A DNA stretch of 64,000 nt from a bacterium (GTDB taxonomy: Bacteria > SAR324 > NAC60-12), in contig CBDBHR010000027.1 of assembly GCA_965205865.1 (NCBI GenBank), positions 160,001 through 224,000 of the forward strand, read 5' to 3'. Both the position numbers and the translations under genes were made by a program. Position 1 is the first letter of the stretch. Each line of letters starts with the position of its first letter. Positions 33,093 to 42,233 of the stretch are shown piece by piece. The notes under the pieces are model-generated. The model had not been told where the DNA came from. It saw only the letters and a program-made list of their open reading frames with translations, and made no database searches.

Positions 33093-34595
33093 TCAAGTCT
33101 TCCAATTGTTGACGAAATCTATCAATAACCGCACTCCCACTCCGGTTGCTCCGGAATTTGGCAAATAATCGATCCCTTTCACGTTCCATGCGGTTCCCGC
33201 AATGTCCAAATGGACCCAAGGCGTCTTTTCCACGAAGTTTTTCAAAAACAATCCAGCCGTGATGACACCTGCTGCCGGTCCGCCGATATTTTGTAAATCT
33301 CCATATTTCCCCTTGATCGCTTCTTCATATTCGGAGAAATTGGGCAACGGCCAGATCCGGTCTCCACTGGATTTTCCTGCGGCAACCACTTTCTGGCAAA
33401 GCGCTTCATCATTGCTGATAGCGCCTGAAGCATAAGATCCCAATGCCACAACACAGGCGCCGGTTAAAGTTGCCAAATCAATCATAGCGCTTGGTTTGAA
33501 TTTTCGGGCCGCGTAGGTTAGCGCATCCCCCAAAATCAATCGCCCTTCCGCATCCGTATTGAGTATCTCCACCTGATTCCCCGCATAGGACTTGACGATG
33601 TCTCCGGGACGTTGGGCCTGACCACCAGGTAGATTTTCAGAGGTCGGCACCACCCCGATGACATTGAAATTGGGCTGCAAACTGCCAACTGCCTTCATCG
33701 CGCCCAATACCGCAGCTGCGCCACACATGTCAAACTTCATCTCATCCATATTTTTGCCGGGTTTGAGAGAAATTCCCCCTGAGTCGAAAGTGATACCCTT
33801 GCCTACAAAGGCGATCGTATCGCGAGCGTTTTTCCGCTGGTACTCCAGAATGATCAGTTTCGCCGGCTCGCTGGAACCTTTGCTCACGCCGAGCAGCATA
33901 CGCATACCAAGCTTGGCCATGTCCTCTTCTTCAAGCACGGTGATCGCTAAATTGTGTTCCTGAGCCACCTCCTGCGCCTGTTTAACCATGGCGGTCGGGG
34001 TGAGATCGTTAGGAGGGATGTTGCCCAACGTCCTGGCAAAATTCGTGGCCTCTGCGCGGATTTGACCCGCTTGCACCGCTTTTTTACCGGAATTTTTCAG
34101 CGGATCGTAAATCGTGACGTTCGCGGCTTTTACTTGTTTCTCCTGCTGATCCTGGCTTTTATATGCTTTGAATTCATAACACCCCAAAGCAAGCCCTTCT
34201 GCAAAAGCCGTACCTGCAAAAAATTTGAGCGTCTTTTTCAAAAAAGATGGAAGCTGAAGACTGAGTTTGCTCAGTTTCAATTCCAGTAATTTTTTACCGA
34301 CTTTTCCTCCGGCACGTCTCAACCTTTCCTGATCGATTTCTGCCTTTGGTCCCAATCCAACCAGCAATATGCGGGGAATACTGGCGGAACTGGATATCAA
34401 TAATTGCGTTTCTCCTATTTTCCCGGAAAAATCACCCAAATCGAGCAATTGCTGGATCGTACTACGAGTTGGCCCCGGCAATTGATTCAGCTCGCGTATG
34501 ATATCCGCACTTTTTTCTTTGGGAAAAAAAACTATCAAACACTCGGTGCTGGCTTTATTTATCGACTGAGCCCTGTATTCAAATGTAATTTCCAT
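33093..34595 (-). CDS. pepA: Leucyl aminopeptidase (M17)
   Basis: GKGITFDSGG, MKFDMCG, NTDAEGRL, DLATLTG, HLDIAG. Confidence 0.96.
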   Translation of the reverse strand: MEITFEYRAQSINKASTECLIVFFPKEKSADIIRELNQLPGPTRSTIQQLLDLGDFSGKIGETQLLISSSASIPRILLVGLGPKAEIDQERLRRAGGKVGKKLLELKLSKLSLQLPSFLKKTLKFFAGTAFAEGLALGCYEFKAYKSQDQQEKQVKAANVTIYDPLKNSGKKAVQAGQIRAEATNFARTLGNIPPNDLTPTAMVKQAQEVAQEHNLAITVLEEEDMAKLGMRMLLGVSKGSSEPAKLIILEYQRKNARDTIAFVGKGITFDSGGISLKPGKNMDEMKFDMCGAAAVLGAMKAVGSLQPNFNVIGVVPTSENLPGGQAQRPGDIVKSYAGNQVEILNTDAEGRLILGDALTYAARKFKPSAMIDLATLTGACVVALGSYASGAISNDEALCQKVVAAGKSSGDRIWPLPNFSEYEEAIKGKYGDLQNIGGPAAGVITAGLFLKNFVEKTPWVHLDIAGTAWNVKGIDYLPNSGATGVGVRLLIDFVNNWKT

Positions 34596-34757
34596 AGAGT
34601 CCTTTTATTATACTGATTTGAAGCTGGATCTCTGCAATGACGAGTTTTTAATCATCTCAAAGTAAAAACGATATACTGGATTGCTTTCCACAGACAAGGC
34701 GAAAATCTTGATTCTCCCCTTTCCGCTGGACCTTTTCCAGGCGCCAGACAGGACTTG

Positions 34758-35459
34758 TTAATCTGCCACTTCAAGAGCGAGTTCAATCATGGGTGTCAAG
34801 ACGCTTTGACGCGCTTCGGATGTTTCTTCTTCCTGGGTGATCAAGTTGTCACTGACAGTCAGAATGGTCAGGGCGTTTACCTTGAATTTGGCTGCCAGAG
34901 TATAAAGAGCCGCCGTTTCCATTTCAATTGCCAGAACCCCATATGCGGCCCAGGTTTTCCAGTGTTCCGGATCGTCATGATAAAACCAGTCGCTGCTCAG
35001 GATATTGCCCACTTTGACATCGATTCCTTTTTGTGAGGCAATGGCAACTGCTTTTTTTAAGAGATGAAAACTGGCAGTAGGCGCAAAGTTCCCTCCGGGA
35101 AAACGAAGGTTGTTCATGTTGGAGTCCGTCGAAGCAGTCATGGCCAGCAATAAATCTCTCAATTGAATATCCGCATGGATCGCTCCACAGGTGCCGACCC
35201 GAATTAAATTCGACACCCCATAGGAAGCAATGAGTTCATGGACATAGATGGAATGGGAAGGCAGCCCCATGCCAGTTCCTTGTACGGAAACTTTTTTCCC
35301 TTTATAGCTGCCGGTGAAACCATACATTCCCCGCACTTTATTGTAACACACGGCATTTTCCAGCATCGTCTCTGCCACATGCCTGGCTCTCAAAGGATCT
35401 CCTGGCAGCAAGACGGTTCGGGCAATATCTCCGGGTTTTGCGCCAATGTGAATACTCAT
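34758..35459 (-). CDS. deoD: Purine nucleoside phosphorylase
   Basis: [29 protein letters not shown]; start MSIHIGA at 35459. Confidence 0.96.
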   Translation of the reverse strand: MSIHIGAKPGDIARTVLLPGDPLRARHVAETMLENAVCYNKVRGMYGFTGSYKGKKVSVQGTGMGLPSHSIYVHELIASYGVSNLIRVGTCGAIHADIQLRDLLLAMTASTDSNMNNLRFPGGNFAPTASFHLLKKAVAIASQKGIDVKVGNILSSDWFYHDDPEHWKTWAAYGVLAIEMETAALYTLAAKFKVNALTILTVSDNLITQEEETSEARQSVLTPMIELALEVAD

Positions 35460-35632
35460 CTTCCGAACTTTCTGATTTCTCAAAATAATCATTGATACAA
35501 ACTATATCCAAGTTTCTCTTCGAAGCGTTGCCTAATCATCACAAGTGCGATAAATTGAGAAAAAATATAAAGGAGACTTTGGGGAATGGCAAGTGGATTG
35601 TCGACTGCGCATTTATTGAGGATGAGGCTTTT

Positions 35633-36547
35633 ATGAAAATCATGGTAACCGGTTCTTCCGGGCTGGTTGGATCACGGTTGGTATCTTTTCTTTCTGAAAA
35701 TGCGCACTCGGTTTTTTGTCTGGTTCGCACTTCCGAAAACAAGAACTCCAACGGTATTTACTGGAACCCTGCTCAAGGAAAACTGCAAGCGAATCTCTTG
35801 GAAGGCCTTGACGCAGTTGTCCATTTAGCGGGCGAAAATATCTCCAGCGGACGTTGGTCAACTGCTAAAAAGGCTCGTATTTTAAACAGCCGGATACAGA
35901 GCACTCAACTTCTATGTAAAACTCTGGCCACTTTGAAACAACCGCCCCATACGCTGATTTCAGCCTCTGCAATGGGTTATTATGGTCATCGAGAGGAGGA
36001 AGTCCTCGAGGAAAACAGTCTTGCCGGCAGCGGTTTTCTCGCTGAAGTTACAAAACAATGGGAAACTGCAACCACGGCAGGTCGGCAGGCTGGTATTCGT
36101 GTGGTCTTATTGCGCTTTGGTATGATTCTCAGCACGGATGGCGGCGCTCTGAAAAAAATGCTGACGCCGTTTCGATGGGGGTTGGGAGGACGAATCGGAG
36201 AAGGTGGGCAGTATATCAGTTGGGTTATGCTGGAAGACGTGATGTCTGTGATTACCCATGCTTTGCAAACAAAACGACTTCAAGGGCCGCTCAACGTTTG
36301 CGCGCCGTACCCTGTCACCAACCTGGAATTCACGAAATCCCTGGGCCGGGTGCTTGCCCGTCCGACAATTTTTCCCATCCCTTCTTCCCTGTTACGACTG
36401 GCTCTGGGGGAGATGGCAAACGAGCTTCTGCTTGCTAGTATCCGTATGCAGCCAAAACGCCTGCTTGAAAGTGGTTATCACTTCCAATATCCGCGCCTCG
36501 AGGCTGCCTTGAATAAGTTGTTAAATGATTCTGAACCCATGGATTGA
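35633..36547 (+). CDS. TIGR01777/YfcH-like NAD-dependent epimerase
   Basis: VTGSSGLVG, HLAGENI, SASAMGYYG, GLGGRIGEG; start 35633. Confidence 0.9.
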   Translation: MKIMVTGSSGLVGSRLVSFLSENAHSVFCLVRTSENKNSNGIYWNPAQGKLQANLLEGLDAVVHLAGENISSGRWSTAKKARILNSRIQSTQLLCKTLATLKQPPHTLISASAMGYYGHREEEVLEENSLAGSGFLAEVTKQWETATTAGRQAGIRVVLLRFGMILSTDGGALKKMLTPFRWGLGGRIGEGGQYISWVMLEDVMSVITHALQTKRLQGPLNVCAPYPVTNLEFTKSLGRVLARPTIFPIPSSLLRLALGEMANELLLASIRMQPKRLLESGYHFQYPRLEAALNKLLNDSEPMD

Positions 36548-36556
36548 GGATTCACA

Positions 36557-37738
36557 ATGGACGGGACCATTCGAGTTGTGCCGGGCTTTTCCTGGTTTGG
36601 AAAAAATATAGGAATCAAGGACGACACCCTGGATTTTGGGGGAATCTTGTCCTCGAAACCTTGTCAGGCAGCAGGCGTATTCACCCGCAATTCCATGCCG
36701 GGAGCTCCCATTCTTGTGGGGAAAGAAAATCTTGTTGATGGCCTCCTGCAGGCAATCATCGTCAATTCTAAAAATGCCAATGTGGCCACAGGCGCGCGAG
36801 GTATCCGGGACTCCAGGACCCTGTGCCAATGGGTGGCGGAGATTTTTGATATCGCCCCACAATTGGTTCTTCCCTCTTCGACCGGAGTGATTGGCCAATA
36901 TCTGGTCATGGAAACATTCAAGAACGCCTGTCATACCTTGCCTTCGGATTTCGGGCAAACCCCGCAACACGTTGAAGACTTTGCCCGCAGCATCATGACC
37001 ACCGATACCCGGCCTAAATGGGCAAGCGCCACCATCAATGGCGCGACCCTGCTCGGAGTGGCCAAAGGGGCTGGTATGATTGAACCGAATATGGCTACCA
37101 TGTTGTGTTATTTTATGACGGACGCCGGTATCGAGGCATCTCTCCTGCAGCCAATGCTGCAAAATGTCGTCAACCACTCTTTCAATCGCATTTCCGTGGA
37201 TTCGGATATGTCCACCAGTGACACGGTCGTGATTTTGTCGAATGGACGGGCCGGCAATGTCGATGCGGAACAATTTGAATCAGTTTTGGCGGACTTGGCC
37301 ATTTTCCTGGCAAAAGAACTGGTACGCGATGGGGAAGGAGTGAGCAAATTGATCGAATTGACGGTTTCCGGCGCCGCCACTGCTGAGCAGGCGCTGTTGA
37401 CGGCAAAGTCCGTGATCAATTCGCCTTTGGTCAAAACCGCAATTTATGGCGCAGACCCGAATTGGGGACGTTTCGTAATGGCAATTGGAAAAGTCTTCCA
37501 ATATTCGGTGTTGTTGGAAGATTTGAAAATCTTCTTTGGAACCGGCACTCAACGGCTCAGTATCGATGCGCAAATAATCAACGAAGATGCCGTTCCTTTG
37601 CCCGAAATTTCGGAAATCCTCAAACAAGAAGAAATCCACATCGAAGTCGTCCTGGGCCATGGGCCTCATTCAGAAAGAGTGTGGGGTTGTGACCTGACGG
37701 AAGGATATATAGAAGAAAATGCCTGCTACACGACTTGA
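36557..37738 (+). CDS. argJ: Ornithine acetyltransferase ArgJ
   Basis: KGAGMIEPNMATML, DGEG, DPNWGR, C-terminal ENACYTT. Confidence 0.95.
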   Translation: MDGTIRVVPGFSWFGKNIGIKDDTLDFGGILSSKPCQAAGVFTRNSMPGAPILVGKENLVDGLLQAIIVNSKNANVATGARGIRDSRTLCQWVAEIFDIAPQLVLPSSTGVIGQYLVMETFKNACHTLPSDFGQTPQHVEDFARSIMTTDTRPKWASATINGATLLGVAKGAGMIEPNMATMLCYFMTDAGIEASLLQPMLQNVVNHSFNRISVDSDMSTSDTVVILSNGRAGNVDAEQFESVLADLAIFLAKELVRDGEGVSKLIELTVSGAATAEQALLTAKSVINSPLVKTAIYGADPNWGRFVMAIGKVFQYSVLLEDLKIFFGTGTQRLSIDAQIINEDAVPLPEISEILKQEEIHIEVVLGHGPHSERVWGCDLTEGYIEENACYTT

Positions 37739-37929
37739 ACTACCCTTTCAGCCGCTAAACTGGCGATCGGGAAAGTTTGCCATCTCGATTGCCTTGCTGC
37801 CGCTAAAGTTATTCCGGTGTATTTCATTTTGAGATTCAATGCTACAATGCCTGTCAAAACTCCTGTCATGCTCTATTGACAGATCCGGTCTGCATTTCCG
37901 GCAGATTCCCTCATCCAATAAAGGTCTCT

Positions 37930-38490
37930 ATGCGTGCCCTAATCCTTGCCAGCCTCTTAGTCTGTTGTTTCTCGCTTTCCTGGCCCTTGTGCGGACAGGC
38001 CGATCAGAATGATCCGGAACTGGTTTTCCTTTTTGAGCGATTGCATGCCATTCCAGGAAGATTTGAAACCCGCAGAATCGAATCGAGAATTTGGGAAATC
38101 TGGATCGAGCATGAACACGGGGAGGTGAACAAACTGATGCGTCAAGGCATACGGGCCATGCGCATCCGTCATTATCGAAATGCATTGTTTTTTTTCGACA
38201 AAATCGTCAGATTGTTTCCCGAATTTGCGGAAGGCTGGAACAAGCGTGCCACCGTGCATTATCTCCTGCAAAACTATGAAGCTTCGCTTGCTGATATTGA
38301 ACGCACTCTGGCATTGGAACCTCGACACTTTGGCGCGATTTCCGGATTGGGACTGGTCTATATGGCTCAAGAAAAATATGTGGATGCCTTGCAAGCATAT
38401 GAAGACGTCCTCAAAGTCCATCCCACTGAAGAAGGCGCAAAAATCAATAGTGCCAGGTTGCGGGTGTTTCTCGAGAAACAGATACTTTGA
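37930..38490 (+). CDS. Exported TPR protein
   Basis: Signal peptide; PEFAEGWNKRATVHYL and LALEPRHFGAISGLG TPR motifs. Confidence 0.85.
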   Translation: MRALILASLLVCCFSLSWPLCGQADQNDPELVFLFERLHAIPGRFETRRIESRIWEIWIEHEHGEVNKLMRQGIRAMRIRHYRNALFFFDKIVRLFPEFAEGWNKRATVHYLLQNYEASLADIERTLALEPRHFGAISGLGLVYMAQEKYVDALQAYEDVLKVHPTEEGAKINSARLRVFLEKQIL

Positions 38491-38645
38491 ATTTTATCAA
38501 AAGGAACGGTAATAAATCATGAATGACATTAAGAGAAAATGCGATAAAGGGAATTCAACAGGAACGTTGCGGACTCTCTCCCGGGAACAGCGGCTCCAAT
38601 GGGCCGCGCCTTCCCACACCACGGGAACGACCCGGTGATTGCCGC

Positions 38646-38975
38646 TGGAGCATTGTTGAGGATTCTCCCTTCAACCGCAGAATAACAGCGGATACTCCCA
38701 TGGAAATCACCGGTCCGGCACGCGGACACGATTTGTTGAAAACCGCCGCCGATCCATCAGGAACTCATTCTCTGGGAACTTGGAACAATTGTGGAAACGG
38801 TCGCACCCCTTGGGGTACTTATCTGACTTGTGAAGAGAATTTCAATTGTTATTTTTCAAGCAGTGATCCCGACCTCGCACTGTCACCGTCAATGAAGCGT
38901 TACGGCATCGGCATTGAAGACCGGGGCTACGCCTGGGCTACCACTGATGAACGATTTGAAGAAGAGAGAACTTAA
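38646..38975 (+). pseudogene. phoX: Internal fragment of PhoX-type alkaline phosphatase
   Basis: FNRRITADTPMEITGPA...GTWNNCGNGRTPWGTYLTCEENF; both termini of the much longer PhoX are absent. Confidence 0.8.
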
Positions 38976-39214
38976 AGGTCTTTTCGATGTTTGTCGCAGG
39001 TAAGGGATTCATGCGTTTTCTTTGTCGGGCTTTGTCTTTGCCGTTTTTTAAGTAGAAAATCTTCTGAGATTGTCGTCCATAAAAATTGTTGTGACACATT
39101 CGAAGTTGACTTTTAAAGGGCAAGGAATTAACTTACGTTCATTTAAAAAGTTCCGATCTTCATAAGAGTTAATTTGTTGGGACTGATTTTTTCAATTTTA
39201 GTTGGAGAAACAAT

Positions 39215-40894
39215 ATGAGCCACGACCTTGTTGTCAGGGGCGGCACCGTCGTTGACGGTACGGGAACAGAACCTTTTCTTGCCGATGTTGCGATCGAGGG
39301 TGACCAGATTGTCGAAATCGGCAAAGTCGGCGGGAAAGGCAAACGGGAAATTGAAGCCGGCGGTCTTACCGTATCACCGGGTTTCATTGATTTGCACACG
39401 CATCTCGACGCGCAGATCGGCTGGGACCCTCAAGTCACCTCGGTGAGCTGGCATGGCGTCACCACTGCCCTGCTCGGCAACTGTGGGGTTACCTTTGCTC
39501 CGTGCAAAGCCTCCGACCGCGAATTCCTGGCTGAAATGATGGAAGCCGTTGAAGACATTCCAAAAAATGCAATTCTACACGGGCTGCCCTGGACCTGGGA
39601 GTCCTATGGCGGCTATTTGGAAGCGCTTGAAGCGCTGAAACCTTCGATCAACATCTGCGGGTTGGTGGGCCACTGCGCAATACGCTTTTACGTGATGGGT
39701 GAGCGCTCAGTTGAAGAACCTGCGACGGAAGAGGAGATTCGCCGGATTGCCGAATTGGCAGGACAATCCGTACAAGAAGGCGCGGTCGGTTTTTCCACCA
39801 ATCGCTATCCCCCGCATCGTTTGCCAGACGGCCGTTCTATCCCGGGTACTTTTGCCGGGCGTGATGAACTGCGTGCCGTTGCAAAAGAAGTGGGCGCTCA
39901 CGGGGGTATCATGCAAACCGTATCCAACTTCGGCGATTTTGAAGCTGAAATGGATCTCATAGCCGATGAAGCTCGTATGGCGCGGGGGGTATTGTTCAGT
40001 TCCGCGCTCGAGTTGGGTTATGAACGCCTCAACGAACGTGTGATGGCGTTGCGGGCCCAGGGTCTCAATATCACATCCATCACGCCACCCCGTAGTGGAG
40101 GCTTCGTTACCGGTCTCTCGACGAAAAATTTCTTTCGCACACCCGCGTGGAACAAGCTTAGAGAACTCGATTTTGAGGAACGTTTGCAAGCAATTCGTGA
40201 TCCCGAAAACCGCCAGTGTTTGCTGGAGGAGGCAAAAGCGCAGGAAGCGGAAGGGAACGAAGTGTTTTCGGCATCCATATTACAGCATGGCTTCTATATG
40301 GGCAATGCCGCTCGGCCGTGCTACACCGGTGACCGCTCGCAAAGCTTGTTCGCATTGGCGGAAGCTGCTGGCGAACACCCTGTGGAAACGTGGCTGCGTA
40401 TCAGCGATGAAACGAACGGGAAAGCGCTGTTTCACATACGCCTCTTTAACAAAGACCTGGACATGCTTCCCGAATTGATTACCAGTGATTGGGCAATGCC
40501 GGGTCTTGGTGATGCGGGCGCTCATGTCAGCCAGATGATCGACGCCGGTTGGGCTACGTTTGTTCTCTCACACTGGCATCGAGATGTTGGCCTTTACACG
40601 ATCAAGGAAGCAATTCGACGGATCAGCGCCATTCCGGCCAATGTCTTGGGTCTCGACGACCGCGGCACTTTAGCGGTTGGAAAGCGTGCCGACATCAACG
40701 TCATTGATATCGACCGGGTTGAAGAACGCATGCCGGAAATTGTCTACGACTTCCCCTTTGGGGCGCCACGTTTCATCCAACACGCAGTTGGATACAAAGC
40801 GACCGTATGCAATGGTCGGGTCGTGCTGCTTGACGATGAATTGACAGGCGAACGCGCGGGGCGCGTATTGCGCAACAATGGAGGTCAGCTATAA
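39215..40894 (+). CDS. N-acyl-D-amino-acid deacylase family amidohydrolase
   Basis: PGFIDLHTHLD, GVTT..GNCG, GDAGAH, RGTLAVGKRAD. Confidence 0.88.
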   Translation: MSHDLVVRGGTVVDGTGTEPFLADVAIEGDQIVEIGKVGGKGKREIEAGGLTVSPGFIDLHTHLDAQIGWDPQVTSVSWHGVTTALLGNCGVTFAPCKASDREFLAEMMEAVEDIPKNAILHGLPWTWESYGGYLEALEALKPSINICGLVGHCAIRFYVMGERSVEEPATEEEIRRIAELAGQSVQEGAVGFSTNRYPPHRLPDGRSIPGTFAGRDELRAVAKEVGAHGGIMQTVSNFGDFEAEMDLIADEARMARGVLFSSALELGYERLNERVMALRAQGLNITSITPPRSGGFVTGLSTKNFFRTPAWNKLRELDFEERLQAIRDPENRQCLLEEAKAQEAEGNEVFSASILQHGFYMGNAARPCYTGDRSQSLFALAEAAGEHPVETWLRISDETNGKALFHIRLFNKDLDMLPELITSDWAMPGLGDAGAHVSQMIDAGWATFVLSHWHRDVGLYTIKEAIRRISAIPANVLGLDDRGTLAVGKRADINVIDIDRVEERMPEIVYDFPFGAPRFIQHAVGYKATVCNGRVVLLDDELTGERAGRVLRNNGGQL

Positions 40895-41145
40895 AAAATC
40901 TTTAGCGGTACATCTTCGGCATGAGCCAAAAAATGAGGAGTTCTAATCGCTCTTGCCCTCATTGCTCTCGTTCTTTTTCAAAGAGTTGACATGCTTCTTG
41001 AAGTGCCTCGAGGTGGGGAGTCGATGAAAGGGAATCAATATATTATTGAACTTTCGAGAGCATAAAATCCTTTCCGGACTTTATGCCGCGCAAAATCCGT
41101 GCTTGAATCGAAGAGGTCTCTAAAGAAAGCGGAACTACCTCGACA

Positions 41146-41943
41146 TCAGGAAAATAGCAGGGCTGAGCCGCAGGTCAGGCAGACCATGATGAATAGCACC
41201 CACTTTATGACCTTCTGACTCACATTCAGCGCGAACCTCACGCTGGAGAGCGCGCCCAACGTCATACCGATAGCTAAAACTATGGCTGGAACCCAATCCA
41301 CGTGATTTGTGCTAATGAACACCAACAACGCCGCAACGCTAAACAATGCCGTGCACACTACTTTCAAGGCGTTGGCGCGTACCAGATCGTAGCGAAGTCC
41401 CGCCGCCAGTGCCGCAATCAGAATGAACCCCACTCCAGCCTGGGCGAATCCTCCGTACAACCCGGCGCCAAACAGCATCAGAAACCCGATCGGACGCTCT
41501 TTAAGGCTGTAAGCATGGACCCCTTCCGGCGGCGCCATCACATCCGGGAACACGAGCATGGACAACGCTATCGCAATCATAGTGCCCAGCAGAAATGGTT
41601 TGAGGGTGTCGGGTGGCAGCCAAATTGAAACCAAAGCGCCCAGCACTGCGCCCAAAACCGTAGGTAAAAGCATCGGCAGGATTGCTCTCTTGTCCAGCTT
41701 CCCGGATTTGTTGAAACCTCTTACGCCCGTAAGAGACTGCTGTAAGATTCCAACTCTGTTCGTTCCGTTTGCGTAGTCGGCCGGCATCCCGAGCAGCATC
41801 AGTGCCGGCACCGTAATCATCGACCCACCGCCGGCGATGGTGTTGATGAAACCTCCAAGAATTCCGGCAAAAACCAGTACCGCCGCCTTCCACCAAGTCA
41901 GGTCGATCTCCGCAGCAGTCAACCACTCTGGCAACAAATCCAT
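41146..41943 (-). CDS. TauE/SafE-family (TSUP) membrane transporter
   Basis: GFINTIAGGG, ANGTN, GLYGGFAQAG, ANALK; multiple TM helices. Confidence 0.88.
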   Translation of the reverse strand: MDLLPEWLTAAEIDLTWWKAAVLVFAGILGGFINTIAGGGSMITVPALMLLGMPADYANGTNRVGILQQSLTGVRGFNKSGKLDKRAILPMLLPTVLGAVLGALVSIWLPPDTLKPFLLGTMIAIALSMLVFPDVMAPPEGVHAYSLKERPIGFLMLFGAGLYGGFAQAGVGFILIAALAAGLRYDLVRANALKVVCTALFSVAALLVFISTNHVDWVPAIVLAIGMTLGALSSVRFALNVSQKVIKWVLFIMVCLTCGSALLFS

Positions 41944-41961
41944 TCTCACTCCTGAACGCTA

Positions 41962-42128
41962 CTTAGGAACAAACCTTAAATAACCTGTAATTCTTCCAAT
42001 GGTGTGAGCAAAATTGGGGGACATGTACACCGCTGCAAATCCCAACTCTACTGTTTTATGCCTGCTGTTACGTGTCCCCTAATTTTGCGTATCCATACTT
42101 CTAACTTATTTAAATTTCATTCCTTAAG
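41962..42128. repeat. Nested inverted-repeat element (MITE/REP-like)
   Basis: Outer IR AGGAACAAACCTTAAATAA vs reverse complement AGGAATGAAATTTAAATAA (15/19); inner IR 42008-42027 / 42069-42088 (18/20). Confidence 0.65.
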
Positions 42129-42233
42129 AAAATCAAAAATTTGCTGAAGAAAGTAACATCGGTAAATTGCGGTGTAAAGGAAATTTCAGGGGTCGGTTTG
42201 GCGCATTTCCTTACTGAATCTCAGGGAAGTTTT

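Noticed and set aside
19031-35459. Functional link of ahcY or deoD to the CRISPR deaminase or to SAM-AMP signalling
   Set aside because: Housekeeping context 15-30 kb from the cas locus; no CorA, NrN or SAM-lyase genes in the locus.
36521-37273. 250-aa minus-strand ORF
   Set aside because: Antisense shadow of argJ.
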